Part shown: in pieces, positions 12,551 through 24,282 of the stretch
Layout: each line of letters begins with the position of its first letter
How positions within the stretch are numbered: position 1 is the first letter of the stretch
Assembly: GCA_038087875.1 (NCBI GenBank)
Contig: JAXLNO010003642.1
Coordinates: forward strand, 62,001-126,000
Length of the DNA stretch: 64,000 bases
DNA from: Malacoraja senta
Lineage: Eukaryota
Direction of reading: 5' to 3'
Translations under genes and position numbers: made by a program
Notes under the pieces: model-generated
Told to the model about the DNA's origin: nothing
The model's input: only the letters and a program-made list of their open reading frames with translations
The model's database searches: none

Positions 12551-12823
12551 TTAAGGCCCTGTTTCAGCACTGCATCTTTAAGCTAAACTAAAACATGGGT
12601 GAAGTCAGCACCAAAACTCAGAATCATAGTTCAAACACCAGTGAGTGAACTGTCAAATATTGGCACATGCCAGATTTTGGTTAACAGTAACTACATCGCA
12701 AAATATAGTTTGTAAAAGATAGATAAATATTTGAGGCAAAGGAAAATAAAAGCTTGCAGGAAAAGGCAAAGGTTATAGGATTGTTCCAGCAAAGAATCAA
12801 TGATCCTTTATTCACTTCCATAC

Positions 12824-12916
12824 CTGCACCTCAAACGTCTGGATTGAATCCCCTTCCTCGTTATACGTGTATGGTCCCAATAGGATCCCTTCGGCTTGAT
12901 TTTTATCATCCAAGCC
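12824..12916 (-). pseudogene. SUN domain exon GLDDKNQAEGILLGPYTYNEEGDSIQTFEVQ
   Basis: 93 nt, matches the GLxxxxQxEGxLLGxFTYxxxGxxxQxF motif; acceptor ttcacag, donor GTATGG. Confidence 0.9.
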
Positions 12917-13844
12917 CTGTGAACAAGTAGAAATTAGCAACCTTTACACACAGAAAATTACTCTCCAGTCACCCCAACAATTCTACCAGCTGGTGAAAGC
13001 AGGACTTTCACCCTTGCCTGGAAGAAAGCTTCAAGATTCAAGATTCAAGAGAGTTTATTGTCATGTGTCCCTGATAGGACAATGAAATTCTTGCTTTGCT
13101 TCAGCACAACAGAACATAGTAGGCATTGACATAGTAGGCAAGACATTGGTTGAATATATAAAGTCATTTCATTTCAAACAGTCAATTGGAAAAATGTCAT
13201 TGCCTCATTTAGCACATGAAGTGAATCTGTACACAATCAAACAGAATGAAACGATGCGTAGCATCAACTCTCATCTGTGGTAGAATCAGTGTGTCCCACC
13301 ACAGGTGTCTCATCAGGCACCTCTATACCTACTAGAGTGGAAGCAAGTCATCCTCAATCCTGAGAGAATACCAGTGAAGAATTGTTCACCCCCACTCAGG
13401 AAAGCACTTGGCATAAAAATTGTCCCTAGTATGTGTAGTGTTAACTTTAATCTCATCTATTGGTTGTAAAGTTGCTTCATCACTGTATGAAGCTTTTGTG
13501 GTTAGCAGTGTTGAGGATTGTGCAATAAAGTGACAAAACTCAGTGAAGACAGTGAAAACCCAGAATCACAGTTCAAACATCAGTATGAGCAACTTGTGTA
13601 GCATGGAAGATTGAAGATTATATTAGAGGGCCTTCTATTTGAGGGATTATTGTTCTGGACTGTGAAATGGAATTTACTCATTTTTAACAGAACTTGTTAA
13701 TGTTATTGACGTGGATTGTGAGACCACTCGGGACCCTGAACATGGAATCCAATGTCCAAGAATGCCTTGCCATGTTCAGCAGCATGCTCCACACAAACAC
13801 CATGGTTCCCAAACATTCACTCATATTCTATACGTTTCACTCAC

Positions 13845-14012
13845 ATAAACAGATTAGTCTTGAGGGGCACTTCTAATTGATCCACTCGAAGAAATGGATC
13901 TTGGAATGTGCTCTAGGGTAAAGGCTGTAGGCCTGATCCGGACAGCAAGCTCGATGACAACAAAGCCTTGGGAGCCTTTAAATGGCCAACAGTTCTCAGG
14001 ATAAACCTCCGG
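13845..14012 (-). pseudogene. SUN domain exon PEVYPENCWPFKGSQG...SAPQD*SVY with in-frame stop
   Basis: 168 nt / 56 codons as in SUN2. TAA replaces the Phe of KDF; PGNCW is changed to PENCW. Confidence 0.92.
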
Positions 14013-14129
14013 CTGCAAGAGAGAACAAGAACAAAACAATTAGGAAAGATTCTCAGTTTCATTTCGATATTCAGTGCGGAAACAGGAAATATTAACACTA
14101 TCCTACCCACACTCGGGAAATTTTTTTTT

Positions 14130-14326
14130 TTACATTTACTAAGCCAATTAACCTACAAACCTGTACGTCTTTGGAGAGTGGGAGGAAACCGAAGATCTAG
14201 GAGAAAACCCACGCAGGTCACTGGGAGAACGTACAAACTCCGTACAGACAGCACGCATAGTTGGGATCGAACCGGGGTGTCTGGCGCTGCAAGTGCTGTA
14301 AGGCAACAACTCTACCACTGTGCCGC
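14130..14326 (-). mobile_element. HE1-type SINE, 5-prime half
   Basis: Head GGCGGCACAGTGGTAGAGTTG..CCGGTTCGATCC. Confidence 0.8.
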
Positions 14327-16086
14327 CCACAATTCTCTACCCACAATTATCCCCCTTCCTTTCAACAGAACACTGATTCTTCCTAAAGGGACAGCAAAGA
14401 TTTGGATTTTTGGACACGATCCACCTGATATTTACAGAATAATGAAAGGCATAGAGTGGATGTGGAAAGGATGTTTCCACTGGTGGGAGAGTCTAGGACC
14501 AGAGGACATAGGCTCAGAATTAAAGGGTGCGCCTTTAGAAATAAGGTGAGGAGGAACTTCATTACCACAGAGGGCTGTGGAGGCCAAGTCAGTGGATATT
14601 TTTAAGGCAGAGATAGACCAATTCTTGATTAGAACGGGTGTAAAGGGTTATTTTGGGAACAGGGATGGGTTGTTGGGGTGGGGTTTGCTATGGCAGGAAT
14701 CTGCAGTCTCGACCCCTCAATGTTTTCTGCCAATTTACGTCAACCCTGCACAATGAGAAAACGCGCTACAATTTTCCAGCCGAGCCCATTTGCTGCTTTT
14801 GGTTCATGGTGTGACAATTATTAAGTTAATGCAGAGAACAGGAGTTACTGAGACATTTTTAACACACTGTCCCCAAGACAGATACTCTCACACCATTTAC
14901 AAAGTATCAGGACAAGTACCTGAACCAGCAGGACCTCTGTCTCGGGCAGTGTGATCAAATGCAACCCAAAATATGCTTTCTCCGATCTCCTCTAAATCTT
15001 TCTTTGCTTTAAAACCTCAACCCTCTGGACTTAGGCACCTCTGTAAGCTGCTGGCAAATGGGATTAGTTGTACGGGTACCTGATGGTTGACGTGGACATG
15101 TTGGGCACAAAAGGCCTGTTTCTGTGCTATATGACTCCATGTGGATTTAACAAATCTGAACTCAATTGAAGATTTGACAAACACACTGGCAATCTACATC
15201 CAGGTGAGAGGAATGGGGAGCAGAAAGCGTCAGAGTTTGGTTAAAGCAGATGGAAGGAGCCACTTTTCCTTAAGGAAGGATATTTTTGCTATGGAGGGAA
15301 CACATCAGAAGTGCAGCAGATTAACTGTAGGGATGGCAGGGCTGACGTATGAAGAGCAATCTGGTCAATATTCACTGGAGTTTGGAAGGAATGATCATTT
15401 TATAGAAACCTACAAAATGTAGAAGTTGTAACAGGACTGGAAAGATTCGAGGTAAGATGTTCCTGATGCTGGGGAGTTTCAGGACCAGGATCACAGTGCG
15501 AGGATAAGTTGAGGTCATGTAGAACTCAGAGGGGGAGAAATCTCTTCATCCAGAGTGGAGAACCAGAGGAATTATCTATCATGGAATGCAATTGAAATCA
15601 TATCGTTGAATATACTCATGAGTTAAATATTGTTCTTGTAGCTAGAGGGACCAAGAGGTAAGGGGAGAAAGGTATGGGGAGTCCCCCAACTGGGGACACA
15701 ATTTGGATAATCAGCCATGATCACACTGAGGGGTTGAGTGGGCTTGAAGGGCCACATTGCTTACTCCTGTTCATAATTTCCATGTTTCTATTCCATATCC
15801 CACAACTGTGGTACTGAACAAGCACGCATGGTGGGCCAGTGCATGATTTTTTGGACATATATATCAATACCTTGCATTCTTCTGACTGGGAAGAACTGTT
15901 ATGCAGACAGATTATGTTTCACATAAACCTGGGGAAAGCAGAGGACACACACTAGTTGTGGTGCCCCCAACAGTAAATCTTGAAGTTGTGGACCTATAGC
16001 GTCCCTGTACCTTGCTGCCTCTAGGAGAATATTCGAAGGTCACTGCTTTCAAGACAGAAGGGAGCAGCAGTACAAGGATTATATAC

Positions 16087-16199
16087 CTGAATGACAGCTG
16101 TGGGTGAGTGAGATTGGTACCACAGTGGAAAGCCAAACAGACTAAGTATAGTCTTGGTCTCTAACGTCTCTGTGCAGCGTGTGTGGATCACACTGCCAC
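16087..16199 (-). pseudogene. SUN domain exon GGSVIHTRCTETLETKTILSLFGFPLWYQSHSPTAVIQ
   Basis: Aligns to the SUN2 segment GASVISTRCSETYETKTALLSLFGIPLWY with a one-codon deletion. Confidence 0.92.
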
Positions 16200-17636
16200 C
16201 TAACAAGAGAAAACAGAATCATTATCATATCACTGAATGGACAAAGTTAATCATGAATCCTTCAAGAAATATGCAGGTTTGCAGGGAACTGCAAAACTCT
16301 GGCAGAGGGATTGGAAAGTTTTTGCTTGAGTGCTGACCACTAAGAAGAACTTTCCAATTTGTCCAACTGCAGAAATAATTTAATGTTACAATCACAATTG
16401 TTTAAGTAAACTTGAAAGCTAATTTTCATACAATGTCCAACAGGTTGGAGCACAGAATCCAGCTGAAACTTTCAATGCACAGCTGAATGGCGACCAGGTG
16501 GCAGTGGTTGGAAAAGTACCCTCCCAAATCTCAACCATTTACTTGCTCTCATCATTTTTCCATTCAACACAACTATAATAAACAAGGAGCTGTTTTTGCA
16601 AAAATTAAGTACAATGAGAAAGATTTCTGTAACATAAAATGGGAGTAAAATTTCTACCAGCTGACCAAGATATAAAAATATTGTTATTTGTGGGCAGTTA
16701 GCTGGGAACATGTGCAACCAATGACTGCTGTCTGCATAGGTTCTTTTTCTCAATTATATAAAGCCATATAGCATTACATCTGACCTAGTTTAGAGACTAA
16801 CCAGAAAGGACGATTTATCTTGTAGAACATATAATTTTTAAATATTGTAGAACATATATTTACATCGCAGAAACAGGCCCTTTTGTCCCACTGTGTCCAC
16901 ACCAACCATGATGTCAGCCTAACTCATCCCATCTGACTGGACATGGTCTACATCCCTCTACTCCCTGTCTGTACATGTATCTGTCCAAATGCCTTTTAAA
17001 GATTACTATTGTATCTGCTTCCACCACCTCCCCTGACAACACACCTACAGCTGTGCAAGAAAAACTTGCCTCACACATCTCCTTTAAACATCCCCCCTCT
17101 CACCTTAACTCTATGCCCTCGCGTATTTGACATTTCCACCCTGGGGAAAGACTGCCTACTCTATCTATATATCTCTCATAATTTTATATACTTCTATCAG
17201 GTCTCGTCTCAGCCTCTGACGTTCCAGCAAAAACATTCCGTTTGTCCAACCTCCCCTTATAGCTAATATTCTATTCTAACATTCTGTCTAATCCAGGCAG
17301 CATCCTGGTCATTCTGCCGATGGCTGAAACCTAAAGTAGATCTTCAGCTTTCTACACAATTCCAATTGTCCAATGTTAGCTTGAGAAGAACCAAGCTTCT
17401 ATCCACATTTCAAACCATGAGCATGTCTTCTTTTCTTGCTCTTCTACAGGTGTTTAAGATTTCATTCGTCTGCCACTATATGCATCCTCACCGATCCAGC
17501 TGGTATCGACATTCATCTCAAATATCTCCTGGTCTCCAGTCTATCTATTTTGTTCTCACTTTCTCTGCAACGTAAACTTTGCTTCACGGAATAAAACTGG
17601 CCATCCAACAGAAGATGGGAGCAATTAAATCAGGGC

Positions 17637-17830
17637 AGCACAGTGACGGATCGGTAGACCTCCTGCCCGACAGCACCAGAGACTTGGGTTTGATCCTGAC
17701 TACGGGTGCTGTCTGTACGGAGTTTGTACATTCTCCCTGTGACCGCATGGGTTTTCTCCTGGTGCTCTGGTATCCTCCCACACTCCAGAGATGTACAGGT
17801 TTGTAGGTTAATTGTAAGTTGTAAAATTGG
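17637..17830 (+). mobile_element. HE1-type SINE, 5-prime half
   Basis: GCAGCACAGTG..GGGTTTGATCCTGACTACGGGTGCTG. Confidence 0.8.
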
Positions 17831-18071
17831 CCAGAGGGCAGAATAAGACCCATCTTTTCTTCATACGCATTAAATGACTTGGAGTTCCAGATTTGTAGAT
17901 GATACTGTGAACTGGGGATATTCATGGAATTGGAGGCAAATACAGAATTGGGTTTGAACAGCTGTAATTCAAATGTGAAATATTTCATTTTGGGAGGAGG
18001 GATAAGGCAATGTAAACTAGAGGGCACAATTCTAAAAGGAGTGAAGAAACAACAGTGTCTCTGGAATGGGT

Positions 18072-18099
18072 GACGTTTCGGGTCGAGACCCTTCATCAG
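18072..18099 (-). ncRNA. Minimal hammerhead core (Penelope-derived)
   Basis: Minus strand GGT-CTGATGAAGGGTCTCGACCCGAAACGTC-ACC; 3-bp stem I. Confidence 0.5.
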
Positions 18100-18694
18100 A
18101 CCTTCACATCCTTCTTACACACGTGGGTGATATATGTGCCTAATTTACTGAAAGAAGGAAGTTTAGGATGTTGTTTAAAAACGCCTGTACTTTATAAATA
18201 ACAGCTCAGGGTACAAGAACAAAGAAGTGATGGGGAACTTTGTAAAACACAGGCTTGGCCACAGCTGGAGTAGTGCATCCAGTCCTGGCTGCCTGCCCTC
18301 AGAAAGGCATGAAGCTTCGGAGAGAGTGCACAAGAGAGTAACCAATGTGTTTGCAGGGATGGTGGAGCAGTGGACAGAATGAAGATGGCCGATGGTGCCC
18401 CAGGACAAGGCCATCCCACCGATGGCTCGGCCTTTAAATGAGTTGTGGCTGGTGCAACATCAAACAGTTACAAGTTAAATTAACATTCAGCAGTGTGAAC
18501 CTCAGCAGCTCTGGGGAAACCTGTACTGTCAACATAGATTTGTACTTGCCTATTCAGGACATATTGCCCAGTGTGAAAGAGACCCCATTCCACAGGAGCA
18601 AGTCAAACATGACTAAAGTGCCAGCCCACACAACACCCTTTCAGTCTGTTACATTCAGAGTTTTACTTGGCCCGGGCTTTTGTCTGATACTTAC

Positions 18695-18779
18695 CAGCAG
18701 ATTCCAGTGCATAATTCACCAATCCAACCCTGTCAGCGCTGTACAGTTTCAGGGCTTGCTCCACAATGCTTTTCACTTC
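18695..18779 (-). pseudogene. SUN-like exon EVKSIVEQALKLYSADRVGLVNYALESAG
   Basis: Matches the SUN1/2 pre-domain helix (ALKLYSxDxxGxxDxALES); acceptor ttggtag, donor GTAAGT. Confidence 0.9.
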
Positions 18780-19149
18780 CTACCAAAGAATAAAATAACA
18801 ATAATCTGGGATAAGAAGGGGGTAGTAGAGTGTAATAGAGTGCAGAGCCCACACATATACAGAAACCAGACAGGCAATGCTCCCTTCAACAGTTCCCACA
18901 AAATGATCCATCTTATCCATTCCCATAATCTGGAATTAGCAAGGTGTAATAAAAGTGAGCGATGGAGAGCCCAAGTTTACTGCATAGAAGGCAGCAGGAT
19001 TGTGTGATCAGGTCAATAATTATTACAGTACATTGACATGGATAGGACAGGTTTGGAGGGATCTGGGGCAAACGCAGGCAGGTGGGACTAGTGTAGCTGG
19101 GACATGTTGGCCGGTGTAGACTTAGGCAATGTTCCATTCAGTTTGACAT

Positions 19150-19740
19150 TGCCTTACTACCTGTCCTTCACAGAAAGGTTCCTGAAGAAAACTACCTGTG
19201 ACCACGTGATCAAGGTAGAACGAGCTACAGGCACTGTGGGAGAAGGACTCGATGGATCCCATCAGATGGCTCCCCAAGCAGACAGAGGAACTCGCCAACA
19301 GTAGTGTGAGGAGCCCTCCCAGTCAGACCCTGCCTGCTCTGTCAGAAAAGCACCCCACTGCACGCTGCCATTGAGATGGTTGTGGTGTGGACAACATTCA
19401 CCTCCTTATGCACTGGGTGTTTGACAGGAAGGTCAGAAGAAGAATGCAAGGGCTCTTGTCATGGTTCACCCTGAGCAGTTGTGCATTATTGATCTAGGAG
19501 CTGTTCACAGGGACGCACAACAAGATAAATGTCAACTGCTGCTGGAAGATCATTATCTCAGCGGAAGACTCACTTTGGTCTGCCTAAACATTGATCTTCC
19601 TGCATAAGATGTAGGTAAATAAATTGCTGCCGACTGGCACATTCCAGGGTGTGAGAGTATGTGGTGTGAGGGACACACTGAAGCTCAGTGTAGTCACTGC
19701 AGAGGCTGTGGGGGAATGGCCTTGGTCTAAGGTCCGGCCA
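19150..19740 (+). mobile_element. Tx1-like LINE ORF2 C-terminal fragment, decayed
   Basis: Degenerate LFTGTH..INVNCCWKII..DSLWSA..RDTLKL pattern. Confidence 0.55.
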
Positions 19741-22219
19741 CCACTAGACACTGAGGAGCTCTCAGACACTTCATGGGAGCACTGTTTAAGGATGTGGTGT
19801 TCATTGACACATTGCAAGTGAAAGTGCTGAATTGATGGAACGTAGAGTAAGACATGCCACAATTTCATTAACTGTATATATTATGAATACATTACTTTTC
19901 TGAAATACAATAGTGTGTTCCAGAGTTAGAGCCACTGGCTGCTTGCATGCTTGTACCTTAATAATCCCTGCTCTGACAGCTGCCGAGTGTGTCTCCATAC
20001 CGAACTGTGGTGGGGAACAGAAAGATCTTGGAGAGCTTGTTGTGTAGGAAGGAAATGCAGATGCTGGTTTACGCTGAAGATAGACACAAAATGCTGGAGT
20101 TACTCAGCGGTCCAGGCAGCATCTAATGCTCCAGAGATGCTGTCCATCCCGCTGAGTTACTCCAGCATTTTGTGTCTATCTTTAGAGAGCTTGTTCATGC
20201 GCCTTTGAAGATAGTGGGACAGGCATCTTGGAACTGTTAGCTCAGCTGTACCTGTAACATTGTGTGGATTCTGGTTGCCTCCCTACAGGATTGATGGGAG
20301 TTCACTAGAGAGGCACAAGAAATGTTTACGACCTTGGCAGGACTGCAGAAGAAAGGTTGCAAGGAGAGAGTCGCCAGGAACTGCAGCGGGTAGATTGTTT
20401 GAGTGGCTATAATATTATAGAAAAAAAGAAAAAATGCTGGAGTAACTCAGCGGGACAGGCAGCATCTCTGGAGAGAAAGAATGGATCATGTTTCGGATTG
20501 AGACCCTTTTTCAGACGTCTCGACCTGAAATGTCATCCATCCCCCCCCCCCCAGAGATGCTGCCTGTCTCACTGATGTCTATCTGTGGTGTAAACCAGCA
20601 TCTGCAGTTCCTTCCTACACATAAGGCGATGATATTTTGACTGGTTCATTCAGAGTAAACAAGGTAACCATCTTTCCTACACAAAGTTGGAAATGTAATT
20701 CAATTAGCAAGTCAAGTCAAGTGAGTTTATTGTCATGTGTCCCTGGTAGGACAATGAAATTCTTGCTTTGCTTGAGCACAACAGAACATAGTAGGCATTT
20801 ACTACAAGGCATTCTATAAATATATACACAATGGTCAATATACTGATAAAGTGCAAATAACAGTATTGGCTAGTAAAGTTCAGTGTTATGTCCGAGCCAG
20901 GTTTAATAGCCTGATGGCTGTGGGGAAGTAGCACAAGGGTTTGATGCAATTAGTACAGTGGGCCAAGGGTTCACTGCCTGAATGGTTGTTGGAAGCAGAA
21001 CTCACATTTACTGGGCACCTGGACCAGCAGTAGAAGAGGCTGTGAGTGAGATTCACCTGGCCTCCCAGCACGTAAAACAGAAGGTGGGAACTATAGGTCA
21101 ATTGACAGATACATGGATAGGACAGGTTTGGAGGGATATGGACCAAACGCAGGCAGGTGGGACCAGTGTAGCTGGAACATGTTGGTGGGTTTGGGGGAGT
21201 TGGGCCGAAGGGTCTGTTTCCACACTGTATCACTCTATGATTCTAATTCATCCAGCACTCATAGTTCACAAGAGGAAATAACTAATCATTTGGTAAGCTG
21301 CATCTAATCAAACGTAGCCGACATGGTTTAATGAAAATCATGTGTGATAAAACCTGACAGGATGTGATAGGGAGTTGATAAGGGAAACCTGTAAATGTAG
21401 GAGGAAGGAACTGCAAATGCTTGTTTAAACCAAAGATAGACACAATAAGCTGGAGTAACTTAGCGGCTCAGATAGCATCTCTGGAGAAAAGGACTTTTCT
21501 ATTTGTTTTCTCCAGAGATGCTGTCTGACCCGCTGAGTTACTCCAGCTTTTTGTGTCTATCTCCTGTAAATGTAATGTGTATTTAGATCTCCAAAAGGCA
21601 TTTGCCACATATGAGGACAAATGTGCTAACATGGACTGAAAGGTGGAAGTGATATAGAAAAACAAGTTAGAATAAATGCGTGAAAACTGCAGATGGAATA
21701 AATGTGAAAAACAAAATGCTGGGAACAATCGGGTCAGGCTGCATCTGTAGCCAGAGAAACAGAATTCATGTTTCAAGTCAAAGACCCTTCGTCAGAACTG
21801 GGGAAGTGACAACAGAAACTTGTAAAGCTGCACAGGTGGGTGGATGACTCTGATAGTGTCAAACCAGGTGACCATGGGGATAAGCTGCACACAAAGTTAT
21901 CTGGTCAAGGAGTGAATATGAGCGGTTAGGTTCTATATAAGGAAAATAGACAAAGATCGTAGCAGTTGCAAAATGCAGAGCAAGAAGACATGTCTAGGAA
22001 GGAACGGCAGATGCTGTTTAAACCAAAGATAGACAACGGGACAGGCTGCATCTCTGGAGAGAAGGAATGGGTGACGTTTCTGGTGGAGACGCTTTTCAGA
22101 CAAGACATGTCTGGCAGGTCAGCATGGACATGCCCTCCACTTTTGGATAGAGATTTTAAAAAACAAGCCAACTCAATTATCACAAATGGACAACTGATAC
22201 TAACAGAGGAATCAAGTTA

Positions 22220-22460
22220 CCCAAGATTATCAAATTCCGTTCAAGCCCAGAGGACTGCCAAGAGCACAAATGGAAGGTGAGATGCCATTCCTCAAGATTG
22301 CTTTGAGCCTCATTGCAACAGTGCAGGAAGTCACAGACTGTTCATTCACTCCCACATCCAAGAGTCAGAATGAGATAACAGGAAGCTCAGGAGTGCCCCA
22401 TGGATCCAACACAGGTGCTCCACAAAGTGGAAACCCAACGCCTGTTTGGTTTCTCCAATG
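22220..22460 (-). mobile_element. Penelope-like GIY-YIG 3-prime fragment
   Basis: IGETKQALGFHFVEHL..PELPVISH pattern. Confidence 0.7.
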
Positions 22461-22603
22461 TTGAGGACACCACGTCGTGAACACAGGGAAAGGAGCAGAG
22501 GGGGAAAAGGAGAGACAGTGAGAGAAAGGGAAGAACACAGTAGAGAGGGAGGGAGAGAGTGAGAGTTGGGTGTTAAAGAAGGGGAGGGAAGAGGGCAAGT
22601 TAC

Positions 22604-22642
22604 TTTCCACACTTTCCTCTTCACCTCAATCTCTTTGATCAT
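22604..22642 (-). pseudogene. Possible 39-nt SUN-like exon MIKEIEVKRKVWK
   Basis: Phase 0-0, after a 70-nt intron, donor GTAACT. It fits the frame but is not required. Confidence 0.3.
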
Positions 22643-22712
22643 CTCCAAGGTAGACGAAGTGCTAAGTTTTGGCCTTTTGCAGTTAAATAAAAAACTATTT
22701 GGGAAAACTTAC

Positions 22713-22869
22713 ATCAGTCATACTTTTAATTCTGTTTTCCAAAGCTTGCATGCTGGAGTCCATGTCCTTCTGTGCTGCACGTGCAGCCTGCAGCTCCAGC
22801 CGTGTCTGGCTGAGCTGCTCCTCCAGCAGCACCAGTGCAGTCAGAAGCTGCTTCTGTTCATCTGTCAAC
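22713..22869 (-). pseudogene. SUN-like coiled-coil exon
   Basis: LTDEQKQLLTALVLLEEQLSQTRLELQAARAAQKDMDSSMQALENRIKSMTD; acceptor ttatag, donor GTAAGT. Confidence 0.7.
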
Positions 22870-23162
22870 CTATAATAATAATAATCAATATAATGTTATT
22901 AGCCAAGTATGCATACATACAAAAACTTGCCTTGATGCTTTGGTTGCAAGGATAAAAACATGATATACAGTAGACAATTAAAAATAAAACATTATAATTT
23001 AAACATGTGGAAATAAAGTACCAGAGTAAAAAGAGGCTACAGATTTTTGGCTGTTGAGTAGAGCTACTGCTTGTGGAAAAATACTGTTTTTATGTCTGGC
23101 TGTGGCCCAGATCAAATCTGTCCTATACAGGACAAAGCAAGTCATCAGGGTGCAGGAGCAGA

Positions 23163-23312
23163 GGCGGCACGGTGGTGCAGAGTAGAGCTACGGCCTTACA
23201 GCACCAGAGACCCGGGTTCAATCCTGACTACCGGTGTAAGGGTGATCGTTGGTCTGCACGGACTCGGTGGGCCGAAGGGCCTGTTTCCACGCTGTACCTC
23301 GAAACTAAAAAA
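23163..23312 (+). mobile_element. HE1-type SINE with internal deletion
   Basis: GGCGGCACGGTGG..GGTTCAATCC head joined to the GGGCCGAAGGGCCTGTTTCC tail. Confidence 0.8.
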
Positions 23313-23654
23313 TGACGTTGACCTGTTTCACACAGCAACCGACGAAGCCCCCCTCCCCAGGTCTACTGCTACTCCACTCCTGTCTGGAAACACATAGCAT
23401 CAGCATTATACTGCTCACAGCTCAGCCACAGGCAAACCTGCTGCCGTGCCACACCCCAGGGGCATCTTGATGCATCTGCAGATACTGTGGCCGACAACAT
23501 CAACACCAAAACATTTGTGGCGTGATGACACTGATATGACGCCGGCAGTCACCGAAAAAATTGCCAAGTGGGGCAGGCCGTTAAATGAGTTATTTATCTC
23601 TATCGTTGTGAGCAGTTGATTAAGTCTGGAAACTGCCGCGGCGCAGCTCTGCAC

Positions 23655-23698
23655 CTTTCCACAGCAGATTCCATTTCCTTCGCCTTCTGCAACAACAT
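23655..23698 (-). pseudogene. SUN-like exon MLLQKAKEMESAVER
   Basis: Acceptor cctag and a weak donor AG|GTGCAG; phase 2 matches the next exon. Confidence 0.45.
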
Positions 23699-24282
23699 CT
23701 AGGAATAGAAATTAAAAACAAAGTTTATTTTCAAGTTTGGAGGCTTATTAATTCTACTCACAGCTACTTATTTCACAACATACACGTCAAATTTACAAAT
23801 ATGTAATGCAGGATAGTCACTTTTCCATACTTCATATTTCCTTATGACATAGGCCATTTCAGCCCATCAAATCAATGCCAGCTCTCAGAGAATCCCAGTC
23901 CTTCACGAATTGTCCTTGAAACTAGTTCCTCACAAATTCCCATCAATTGCCCGCAGAATCCACCATTCAATTGAAAGCAAACTTCACTGAACTGTAGCAG
24001 CTTAACACCCAGAAGATGTGAAATGCAGGGAATTCTCTGTCCAAGTGACTACGGAGTCCAGAATTGAGACCAGTTCAACACTGAGATGACTGGCCTTAAT
24101 ATTACGTAATTGAGAGTATGGCCTTAAATGGTGCCGAGATAAATGGTCTGACTGAAAGGCAGAGCAGCTGAGGGCAGCATGGTGGAACCAGAGGCCCAGG
24201 TTCGATCCCACTACGGGTGCTATCTGTACGGAGTTTGTACATTCTCCCCGTGACCTGCGTGGACGTTCTCCAGGTGCTCCGG

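Larger units (their letters stand above)
12824..23698 (-). pseudogene. SUN-domain (SUN1/SUN2-like, LINC complex) gene, probable pseudogene, partial
   Basis: Phase-compatible exons 23655-23698, 22713-22869, possibly 22604-22642, 18695-18779, 16087-16199, 13845-14012 and 12824-12916 give a coiled coil then a SUN domain. In-frame TAA at 13854-13856; N-terminal/TM exons and last exon not found. Confidence 0.85.

Noticed and set aside
13205-13275. LRIVS..VYRF peptide resembling the missing last SUN exon
   Set aside because: Lacks NWG and RVHG, has no good splice sites, and lies between earlier exons in the wrong order.
23415-23654. 79-aa minus ORF continuing past the short SUN exon
   Set aside because: Different frame from the coiled-coil reading and no recognisable similarity; treated as intron.
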